The notes below the pieces were generated by a model, which did not search any database, was not told the DNA's origin, and was given only the letters and a program-made list of their open reading frames with translations. The position numbers and the translations under genes are program-made. A stretch of DNA of 55,884 nucleotides, counting the filler, from Platydemus manokwari (lineage: Eukaryota), in assembly GCA_037951405.1 (NCBI GenBank). It is 4 parts of 4 records of this genome, joined end to end, with 100 filler letters (N's around TTAATTAATTAA, not from the genome) between each part and the next. Parts side by side here need not be neighbours in the genome. Positions count along the whole stretch, not along the records: positions 21,790 to 46,854 come from JBBMOY010000014.1; 3 more parts are not named here. One strand, 5' to 3'. Of this stretch, positions 27,133 through 38,100 are shown piece after piece. Positions within the stretch are counted from its first letter, which is position 1; each line of letters opens with the position of its first letter.

Positions 27133-28773
27133 ATGGAAAACAATTGCCCAATTTGTTATGAAGTATTGAATAATACAAATATCATCACATTTACGGAATG
27201 CAATCATAAATTTTGCAGATCATGTTCGTATGAAATATTATTCCAAAATGAAATCATCAAATGTCCTTTAGATTCTATTAAGTGCCATTTTTTATTGATT
27301 GGTGGTCATTTAAGTAAACATAAAAATGCTATTCGATATAGAAACGAATGTATTGCTTCAAATTCACATATGCTTATATCTGATATTGAAAACTATTGGG
27401 CAAGTTCCTTGCTTGAAAAGGGAAAGCTTGTCCAAACATTCCATGAAACCTGGAAGAAAGCAGTGGATCGATTAGAGGAATGGCTTAATGAAGAATCTAA
27501 AATATGTGATAATGAGATCGAATATCTTCTTGATTTATTTGAAGGGATTAATATAGAAGTACAAAAAGTGGCTCAGAGGATTCCTAGAAGATCATCCAAG
27601 TTTGACATTTCGATGAAGTTTTTACTAAATAATCCCAACAATAATCTGACTCCTTTTACAGTCAATGCACACAATTCCGTCTTGATTGATAATTTAACCA
27701 GTTGGTTTGAAATTCCGACTTATGATATTGAAATTTTAAAACAACCGCAACTATCATTGCAATCACAGCAAAGTTTCATCCGAGAAACTCTAAACCTCAT
27801 GAAGAAAGACATCCTTCTTTTTCAAGATAAAATTAATTATTTCATCAGCTTGATTATTTCTTTTCCCAACAATAATCAAGTAGCTTTCAAAGCAATAAAC
27901 CCGATGTTTAATGAAGACAATACTGATAATTGTTTGGTTTGTGTCAGACCTGTAAATGAAAATTGTCATTTCATATTGTTGAATTGCGATCATAAGATAT
28001 GCGAACGTTGTACTAACAGGTTTATCATTACACATGCTAAATGTCCTTTCCACAATCCATCATTGGCATGGTTGCAGCTATATTCATCAAACCATAATAA
28101 CAATAATAATAATAATAGATCAATGACCACAAATTATTTGGAACAAATTGTTCATCATCATTTAGAGAAATTATTCAATATCAATTATCATGGTATATTC
28201 GATGAGTATTTTTATTCCATGAAGAAATTGATTGACAACTTTATCGATATGAAAAGTTGGCTTCCCAGCCTTATTAAAGAAGTGAAAATTATTCATACCA
28301 ATAAAGGCTTTCTGGGTAAAAATGACCCATTAATAGATCAATCACTATCAAATATTAAACAACTGTTAAACAATAATAAATATGATTGCTTGAATAAGTA
28401 TAGCATAGATTATTTTCATTGTTTTTCCAATATTCAATTGATACATTCATTGATTAATAAGGTCTCATATTTCTGTAGCAATAAGATATATTTATTGAAA
28501 TGTCTGGAATTGTGTAAGGTTTATCGAATAATGGAGAATGTTTTCATGGATCATGTGATGGCATTCAGTAATTTCTGGAATGCGTTGATTATCATGAGGA
28601 ATATGTTTCAATCATCTCAAATCAATGATGATACAACTGTTCTCTTTCAAGATTTCATTACTTGTTTCAATACAATGTCAATGAAATTATCAAACACAAT
28701 TGATTATAATGTTTATCTGCCCTTACATTCGTATAGAAATTCCAGAAATAAATTGTTGACATATTTTCAGTGA
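27133..28773 (+). CDS. intronless 546-aa protein with two C3HC4-type RING fingers (putative E3 ligase)
   Basis: RING1 CPIC-x14-CNHKFCRSC-x12-CPLD; RING2 (27931-28053) CLVC-x14-CDHKICERC-x10-CPFH. Each is followed by a long, probably helical region. Uninterrupted 1.64-kb ORF in AT-rich DNA; AATAAA ~50 nt after the stop. Confidence 0.85.
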   Translation: MENNCPICYEVLNNTNIITFTECNHKFCRSCSYEILFQNEIIKCPLDSIKCHFLLIGGHLSKHKNAIRYRNECIASNSHMLISDIENYWASSLLEKGKLVQTFHETWKKAVDRLEEWLNEESKICDNEIEYLLDLFEGINIEVQKVAQRIPRRSSKFDISMKFLLNNPNNNLTPFTVNAHNSVLIDNLTSWFEIPTYDIEILKQPQLSLQSQQSFIRETLNLMKKDILLFQDKINYFISLIISFPNNNQVAFKAINPMFNEDNTDNCLVCVRPVNENCHFILLNCDHKICERCTNRFIITHAKCPFHNPSLAWLQLYSSNHNNNNNNNRSMTTNYLEQIVHHHLEKLFNINYHGIFDEYFYSMKKLIDNFIDMKSWLPSLIKEVKIIHTNKGFLGKNDPLIDQSLSNIKQLLNNNKYDCLNKYSIDYFHCFSNIQLIHSLINKVSYFCSNKIYLLKCLELCKVYRIMENVFMDHVMAFSNFWNALIIMRNMFQSSQINDDTTVLFQDFITCFNTMSMKLSNTIDYNVYLPLHSYRNSRNKLLTYFQ

Positions 28774-29264
28774 TGGATAATATTTGGTAGATAAATCAGG
28801 GATTGTTTGAAGACCATTTATAAATAAAACAATTCAATTTACCAAAATCAGAGAATCGAGTATATGGCATTGATATAAATATAAGAAGTGCTGAAATAAA
28901 AATAGGAGCTTGGTTTAACAATTCTGCTTTGTTCTTATTCGACATCTATCAATAAATCAAATCTCGCAAAATGATTAAAAATAACGCTATATATTATAAA
29001 AATTTATTATTATTAGTTTATTATATAATGATTTCTATCTATTTACAAATAAAAACCAAAGGATGATAATAAAAGATTAACATAGAATTAATATTTGATG
29101 TTTGGTTTATATTTAATTGACGATAACTAAGATCTGATCAATCATTTATGGGTTTTATTTGAGGTCTTACAATTCACTTCTAAGCCTCGGCTATCAAAAT
29201 TTCATTGTTAAACATTCAAAGTATTTCATCAATCCACGAAACAAAAACAATTACAAACTATAAT

Positions 29265-29790
29265 TGTTGGCTGTGTGTCAAAAACAATCAAAACACCTAC
29301 GAAAACTACTGAATAATCCTCGGAAGAGTCAATACAGTCATACACGATGAATGCAGATGCCCGGGGTCAACCAAATGCATTCAAAAATTTAGTTGCATAT
29401 GTAGAACGCAGTCATTAATATATCTCAAAAAATATCAAGATACGCAATTTCATGAAAGATAGAAGAAAATTTGTTAATAAACTAGTTACAGACAATTTTA
29501 ACAAATAAAAAGTAAAGCTACGAGACAGTTGGTAAGCACAAATGAAAAGTCTATAAAAGAAGTTTGATTTCGATAGCAACTACCAGTATCTTATCGTCGG
29601 TTACTTTTTATCTGTCTTCATTCTGTGTGTGATTAATCTGACAACCAATCTTTTATTATTGTTACTTCTACCGCTATTTCATTTTTCGAGTGCTGATCCT
29701 GTTCTAGAGTGTTTTAGAGTACGAACGTTAACGATTCGATTGTAAATTATACAATTGTGATCCATTATTGTAACTTTGAATATTAAGCGC
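29265..29790 (+). mobile_element. LTR-like repeat relic, copy 1
   Basis: Colinear with the reverse complement of ~31700-32230: caatcaaaa..tac.aaaacta, agaaaattt, gtctataaaaga (TATA), gtcggt.actt, tttcattttt.g..gctgatc. Confidence 0.6.
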
Positions 29791-31148
29791 TTGTAGATAT
29801 CTAAGATATTGAAGAATAGTTAATTCATACAGATTTGAACTAAAACAAGAATGTTATAAAAAATTAATTTTTTTCATGAAATTTTAGAAAAATGTTCGTA
29901 AAATTAAGTTAACCTGTCGACATAAATTCATCATAATAAAATTATGACAAAGGACCACTTTGACTAAATTAAGCCTAAACCTTCGAAGAGCACACATTTA
30001 TAAACTAATCAACAAATAGCCCTTAATGCCGATTTATTCCAACAATAAATCTCATCAACAAATCACTCATATGATAAAGTATTCATCAAAAATTCATTGA
30101 GGCAGATAACCTATAATCAACAGTTTATCCAATCAACCAATTTTACAATTTTTCAAATCAAATACACCTACCCTGAATCCATAAAAACCCTTATATTGAA
30201 TTTCAATATTCGCATTAAATAAATCTTTTAATTCCATTCTCGAATTCCAACTTAAACCAAGAGTTAAATTCAATTCCAGTCTAGTTTAAATGCAACCATC
30301 CCAATAATAATATTATCTCAACAATAACATTCAATTACAGTAATTTGAATAACATTTTAATTTGTTTGTGATTACATATAGCTTGTTTTTATGTACGCAG
30401 TCAATATGATGTACTCTAAATAACACTATACTCTTTTTGATCTTTATTTTTATAACAAAGATTTCATTACATACACACACATATATATAGTTGTGGGATG
30501 TTACTGGTCCTAGAGGACTTCGGCAACTCGTATAAGGACTACGTTGTCGGAACATTAACTGACATATCTAAATGCATGAAGCTAAGTAAAGTGATTGCTG
30601 CAACAAGGATTGTTTGTCCCTCTGCAGTAAATTTGTTTGGTACTAAAGGTGCACAATAATCAATTAATACAAATGCTATTATTTGGTATATGCGTAGGTC
30701 ATTACAATCTATATGTGCCCGGCATTTGCTGGAAGACCCAAAGTAAGACCGCATCTGTAAAATACTGATTTATATTATATACTGTATCGTTATACTTTTT
30801 TATTATAGAGCTGTGTTCTATAAACACTCTGACGAAGATAACATTGGTTTTACTCCGAGAGAACGACACATAAGCCGTTTTGCTCTGGAATTGTAAGGTA
30901 ACCTTATACCATTTTTTATTGAATGTATAGTGTAGTTTCAAAATTAATCTGTAATTTTATTTTATTATTGCTAATCAGTTTGTATTAGTGTTATATTTAA
31001 TAAACATTTGCAGCATTAAAGTTTAGTAATTAATCAATAGGAATCGTGACATCATTGCTTGAAATCAATTGCAAATATATAGTTAATAGTTTAAGTAGGT
31101 TTAGATAATTTGAGACTGATAAGTAGTTTAAGTAAAATATATCGCTAC

Positions 31149-31599
31149 TGTCACATCTGTTGTCATCACATAATAAGGCTGTGCGAGGTGATGGAACATC
31201 AACATAAGGTAGATTACATCTGTGACCTTAATCAAGAACTCATAGAGACTGATTAAGACAGTAGTGGTATCAAATAGAATTAAGTTTAGTAAAACAATAA
31301 AATCAATAAGGGCCGAACGTAACAAATATATCAGATTTTTATTTATCATTGAGTAAAATAGGATAATATTGAACTGGTTCTGGATTCAAATTTCCGAATC
31401 TATTATTCGAGTATAAAATGTAAATCTTCAGTTGAGTGAGTGTGAGCTAGTTGTTGTGAGTGGGTTTGAATCAGGGGAAAATTTATTAAAAAGTGACTTA
31501 TTAGCAGACCGTTGGATTTCTATCTGTCCGATGAACTAATCTAGCGTTGATTTCGTTTCAAATAACAGGAATAACTAAAGTAATAAATTAAATGTGACA
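31149..31599 (+). mobile_element. candidate solo LTR
   Basis: TGTCACAT...ATGTGACA 8-bp terminal inverted ends, internal TATAAAA (~31413) and AATAAA (31582). No TSD match. Confidence 0.35.
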
Positions 31600-31699
31600 A
31601 CCAATATTTTTACAATTTTCAACGTCTTTCATTGGGATTATACGGATAATATATTATTAAATTGAGATTTTTATGTGTTGGATGTATTTATCAACAATT

Positions 31700-32230
31700 T
31701 AGATCTAAAACTATATTGTCAAAAAGAAATTACAATAGTAATTCAAAACAACTACAAATAAATCTATTTACAATTCACAATCCCAAATCACACAAGACGT
31801 GATCAGCGGCCAAAAATGAAAAACAAAATAGAAAGTATTCTGAAAGATTGATTATTAAAAATCACAAAGATAAGCCTAACATTCAAGTTACCGACCAAAA
31901 AGACTACCAGTTATTCATAGAACTCAGTCTCTTTTATAGACCTATCGAGTGTGTCTGCTTGATGTCACGGATCTTCATTTTCCATTTGCTGAATCTGTTC
32001 GTAAATCAGTCTACTTGAAATTTTTCTCGCATCTCTCCTGCCATTGGTAGACATTTGAGCTTGCTGAGATTTGTAATTATGTACCTGTCGATAATTAGTT
32101 TCTAATTATCGATTAATATTAAACTGAATGTGCTTATCAGATCTGTGTGTGTCCACTAATTTTAGGGTTATTTCCTTAGTTTTTGTAAACCTTTTGATTG
32201 ATTTGTGATCTACCCAACATATGTATTACA
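31700..32230 (-). mobile_element. LTR-like repeat relic, copy 2 (inverted relative to copy 1)
   Basis: Reverse complement aligns by eye with 29265-29790. Confidence 0.6.
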
Positions 32231-32626
32231 ATTAGTTAGTCAGACTTAACCATATGGAAGGTGAGAAATAATACAAAATCTTTCGTATTAACGATGGACA
32301 TAATCTTTCTGAATCAGTATTGATATTTAATATAGGACAAAGTGATTTGGAAATATTGTTAAAACATTTAAATCCCATTTTTGAATTATTGATTACTTAA
32401 GTTGAAAAATATTTTGACTTTCATTATCGGATTTATGTGATTTGAGGTCGATAAAGTCGAAAAATAAAATCCAAATAAATGTTATTCCTAAAATCAATTT
32501 ATTATTCAAGATTAATCCTCAAAAAATTTACAAACAATATTTCTAATTAGGTTAAGAAGATTAAATATGACACACTGACTTTGAAGTAAATTAATATAAT
32601 ATTGTGCCACTGACTTACTTTCAATG

Positions 32627-32691
32627 GTTACCTAGCAACGCATATATAGATTATTATTATTCGATATTAAACCAGCTGTTACCATAATTAC
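32627..32691. promoter_or_regulatory. pair of RFX X-box-like motifs
   Basis: GTTACCTAGCAAC (32627-32639) fits GTNRCC-N0-3-RGYAAC exactly. A weaker GTTACCATAATTAC lies at 32678-32691. Confidence 0.45.
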
Positions 32692-33009
32692 AACACCAAA
32701 AAAAACATTAACATTAGATTATGAAATATAATTCATTGTCAACAAACAAATGTTAATAAAATTCTAATCAATTAATTCCAATCTCGAAATATCTAAATCG
32801 ATATATGAAATCTAAGAATTAAAAAAGAAAATGACCAATCAAATTTAATTAATCAAAACCCAAATTAATCCATGCCTATCATAATATTCATAACATCAAA
32901 TGGTGCTTGGATAATTCGCATTAGATTTGAATAAAATAATAACAAACCAAATAAAACAATTGAACGGGATTATGTTTTGTTGAAATCAAAAACCCAAAAA
33001 AAATTATGA

Positions 33010-33359
33010 TTAGACTTCATTAAAATTTTTATTCTGCTGCCATATGCTAAAAAATATAACAAAGTAAACAAGAAGTAAGCATAGAATCATTAGTATGAAC
33101 GGCAGTAAGTAATCCTGATAAAATCAAATCATAAATAATGCAGAGTAAAACATTATTACTTTAAAATACGAAGTAGTTTTGCGCTTCTCGGTTACTTCTT
33201 TTTGTGCCTTAACAATTTTCTGATTCTTTTTGAAATTAGACAAACCTTTTTTTAAGAAGCTAATATTGTTTAGCAAATAATCTTATAACAAAATTTACCA
33301 ATGTTCCGACGATATGTATCTAATGGACCACCTGCTTTATCGAAAAAGTTCTTACCCAT
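33010..33359 (-). CDS. TRIQK: triple QxxK/R motif-containing protein-like, 83-aa single-pass membrane protein
   Basis: Exons 33359-33299, 33245-33160, 33114-33010; GT-AG introns of 53 and 45 nt with matching phases. Product MGKNFFDKAGGPLDTYRRNIGLSNFKKNQKIVKAQKEVTEKRKTTSYFKDYLLPFILMILCLLLVYFVIFFSIWQQNKNFNEV parallels TRIQK as recalled (PVDQYRKQIG..YKK..basic helix..C-terminal TM, ~86 aa). Confidence 0.8.
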
Positions 33360-35167
33360 ATTTTAATAAAATCTAAATGGATTTCATAATTTTTCAAATT
33401 AACAACTCATCGCGAATGATTATTTAAACACTGATATTCATTCTAAAGCGAAATAATAAAAATAGTATTGATATTACGTCATTCACATAACAGTTTTTTA
33501 TTTTTAACATTTTCATTTTTAATAAACACTAAGAAATATCTACTAAATAAAGAATTTTAGGGTTTCAGTTAAATAATAAATAATTATAAACCAATGATAA
33601 ATTTACAATTTTCTATGTGGCTTTTTCCCCACTTGATTAAACAGAAATCCTAAACGGTGCTCTCATAAAAAACAAAAAATAATTATTTAACTAGTTATAA
33701 AGTCCTTTAATAATTGAATTTGTTAATAAACACTTTGCTAATTAATAAAAAATTTAATGATTAGATTCTAGAGGGATTGGGAGACGACATTGCTTACTAA
33801 AGGATTCGAGTGGTGGGGCTTTTATTTAGCTTTCGCAGGTTCTAGATTCCAATTTTTTAAGGGTAAGTGTATGATGTATTTCAAACCTACTTTAAAAATA
33901 AATGTGGTTGACTGTGCTTATATTGGCTACGGCAACAGGGTTTCTACTTCAGTTACAGCGCGATTAGATATATAATTGCTAAATTAAATCTAAATATTAA
34001 TCACCATCGCGATTATCTTATCACTGTACTGTGATCGAAATATTGAAACTGCAGATTTAATTAGTACATATTTTTTAAAAATCAAAGCAAAAAATTGTCA
34101 AAACAACAAACAGACTTTTTAAAAAATGCGTAGCCCGTTTCGCAAGCACATAAACACAAAATAGCTGTACCAGGGATATTGGAAAATGTACCAAGTCAAA
34201 GTTTCTCCATATTTTTCAGTAAACTTCTCCGGTAACATTATCTTAATACGTGGTACTAAAGCCCACTATGATCAGGTAAAAATAAAACAACATAAAACGC
34301 AATTCTACTTTTATAATATCATTCGCGAGAAAATGTTTGCTCATTCGCATTCCAAATGTAATGAAATAGCTATTGATGCTACAGTGAACTTCTGCTACAA
34401 GGTAGAAATCCAACTCAAAATAGCTTCAATATAGTTTTCAAAAGTGATTGTATTTTCTCTCACTATGCTTTTAGCTTTTTAACACCTCTGATGCTTCACT
34501 TTCCTTCCAATGAAACTTAGTCTTCTTTCCTCTATATCGTACTTAATCATCATTTCCTGGTTGTCTTTCATGCAAAGCCTCATCTTCGCTTCTGCTCATC
34601 ATCATAAACCTCTTCAGTCTTTTATCTCTTTATCTAGAAAATTAAGAGATCAATTAAAAATGAAAAGGAAATGTATAGAGTGGGATTTTATAAAAAGATG
34701 AAAAAATTATAAAGCAATTACAACGATCTTAAATGATAAATTGCAGGAAAAATATTGAATTTTCTAATGAGCAAAGTCTAAACTAGTGTTTTTGAGAAAT
34801 TTTATGTATTTTATCTAGATTTTGCTTTACATTGATAAATTGTAAGATTATTTATAATTATAGTAATATGATTAGAATTGTATTAACATCTAGAATTGTG
34901 TGATATTTAATCTTTTGTCACAGTAATTTAATTTTCTTGACAAACTTCAAGATAACTTTTTAACGAAACTTGTCACATATAATTAATTACAGTATAAATA
35001 ACAAACTTAGAACTCATCGGTTGGGTTAAAAATATTTTTTGTCAAGTATATTTCATCGACATGAAACTCAACAAAGATATTAAAATATTTAAAATTAAAA
35101 CGTTGATATAGATTATATATTCATATTCTTATAAACTTTTAATCAATAATTACTAATTTAATTAAAC

Positions 35168-38100
35168 ATGACTGTCCATTACTTGAGTAGTGTACATACG
35201 AGCAGTGCTGGAGTTTTTTTGAAATTGTTATTGAGGTTAGAATTAGTTTTTAGTTAATATTAACACATACAACATATTGCTTTCTAAGTTATTATCGTTT
35301 ATATCAATTATTAGTGTGTGGAATTAGTTCAGAATTATTATCGATTATATCAAATATTCCCTTCTGACTGTCTAACTATCGATCACGATTTTTGAGAGTG
35401 ATTTGTGATAAACTTCATCAGCTCATATAGTTGCTGCTATCAGGTACTTCGTAACTGGAATTTTATCGTAACTCTTCCAAAATTTTAAACGTATTACTAC
35501 TTTCAACTTTAATTTCAATTTTATCATTAAGAGTACTTTGACATTATAAATATTTATAAGTTAAATTCGATTTAAATTAAATTTGTTCCATTTTTGAATT
35601 ATAAAATAAATAAGTAAGTTTATATAAATAATAATAGATTTTCATAATTATCATTTTATGCACTTTTATTTTTCCAAATATTCTGTACAAAAAATATATT
35701 ACAATTATTCTGTAAAGAATAAAGTCATAAAAGTTATAATAAAGGATCGTAAGGAAAGGTCATCAATGTTTAATATGTGAAAACAGTGTTTAAAGAAGGA
35801 TTATAAATATTTGCCACAAAGGCATTTAATCAATAAATGTCTTCGGTACTAGACTGATTTGCAGCTCTCGAAGGAATTCTAAAATTTGTTCTTCAAAGAT
35901 TGATTCTCTCTTAACTTCAGGCATTCAAGTCCACTTTCCAGTTCTTCTTCCTCGGGTCTTTTTCTTCTCGGCTACTGTTGCCAGATATTATGGGCTTGAT
36001 TTTCATTTAATTACTCTATTTATCAGATCATGCTTCTTTCATGTGATTTGATATCTTGCCGATTCCGAGTAGATGTTTTTTTCTTTTTCCATGAATCGTA
36101 TGAGCCAAGGTTACGGATATCTTCTTGTCCACGGATACACTCTCAGTGCCTTTACTATCTTTGTCAAGTACCAGCTTCTCTTTTTTTCCCAACAGGTTTT
36201 ATAGTTAGAAATCAAATATTTATATCACTGTGGTTTTTAAAATTAAAGTTAATTAAGCGTGGCGTTAATCTGATAATGACAATTGTTTTAAAATCTCAAA
36301 ATAATGATTATGATGAAACAAAATAATTAAGATAGGTTTTAGCAAGCGTGACATTCAGATCATAAATTTATGCAAATAAGTGTATTAAGAATATAAAAAT
36401 TTATGAATTTTTGTGTACCTAATTATCTAATTTTTCGATTAATGCGTTATCAATCAATTTATCTGAATACAATTTTATTTATAATGCATTACTTTATAAA
36501 ATATATTTTGTATTCCTCATAAACATTTCAAAGAAATGAGATGTATTAACACGCACATATTCTGCCTAGGTTTTTTCATTTAGAATAAACCCTAATTTCA
36601 TTATAGTATTCGATTCATTTTTATTCGATATTTAATTATGTAAGTTTATAAATATTTTTATTAAATTACTTGTTTAGATGGCGAGGTGGAATTCACAAGC
36701 TGGTTATTGTTGAACTTGTTATTTTCTTGATTCTCTTCTATGCCATCAATGTCGTATATCGATTCCTTTTACCCAAACCCCAAAAATTGTTAGTGTTTAA
36801 ATTGAATGAATATATCTGAACAGATAGTCTTGAGCAAGAAATATGTTTTAGATTTTTTACCGAGGTAGTGAAACTATTATTTGAATACCAATCTAAAATT
36901 CCAATGGCTGTGATTCTTGGATTCTTCATTTCGGCAGTTTATGCCAATTTTATTCGTCGATTTCAAATGATACCATGGAATATGAAGATAATCAGCCTGT
37001 TATCCTTTCATTTATATGGTCATGGTCACAGAGAAACAATGATCCGTGCTAATATTATCAGATATTTGAATACAGCTCTGATTATGACCATTGTTCGCGT
37101 GCACCGTCATAAATTGTTCATAGATATAGCAAGCTTAGTCAAGCGAGGTTAATGTTGAGATATGTTTCCCATGAAATATTTATATATTCAGGAGTATTGA
37201 CCTCAAGAGAGGCGGAGATGATTAACAGTATTCCTTATCTACACGTTCATCCTTTCATTCCAATCTGTTGGTCTTTATCATTGTTAGTTTCTGCACGTAA
37301 TGAAGAATTGTTATCCAATACTCACGGCTTTGTTTTCATTGTTGAGGTAAAGATTTCGATATATTTTGGGTATTTATCCAGAATAATTCTAGGCAATCAA
37401 TGATTACAAAAAATGTCTATTTGAAATAATTCTCAGTGATCAACTTACATTTCCTTTGATATACACGCAGGTTATGTAATGTTGTATTTATTTATTAACA
37501 AATTTTCCTCACTATGATTGTGACTTAAATAATTGCTTAAATCTTGCTTAGAATTACATCCTAAAAGTTTCTAATTATTCTTAGATAATTTTTAAAATAT
37601 TTTGAGCGTCAAATTTCAAACTTTTATGTTTGACAGAAATATCACTTCTAAAACGAGTATAATTGTTGATATTTGACCAATTGTATATCCATGTATTATA
37701 TCTGCATTATATAGTAATGTATTGAGAAGTTTAGGAAAGACGAAATAATTAACTGAAATATTGATTAATCACAAATACAGTGAAGGTAACAAATTACTTC
37801 TACTCTTACAAACAAGATTCCTATGGGCTGGTTTTACTACAGACTCTATTCTTGTAGGCAAAAATAGTTTGTAAACAGTTTGTCACTCAGATATGCTCCT
37901 ACTATGACGTATTATACTCAAATCTGTTTATTTTAATGGTTGGTATTTAATTCTTTCGATATTTGCTTTTATTTCCCTACTCACTTGTCAAAATTCTGTG
38001 CTTCATATTTCTTCCTAGATATTAGGGAATCAAACACAACCAATAACAGAAATAATTCTATCGGTAATAAGCACGAATAAATCTTTCCAACTTTGCTTCT

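Noticed and set aside
29340-29390. Hammerhead-like arrangement (cgatga-atgca...tgcat-tcaaaa)
   Set aside because: Core CUGAUGA and GAAA are not intact, and stems I and III are absent.
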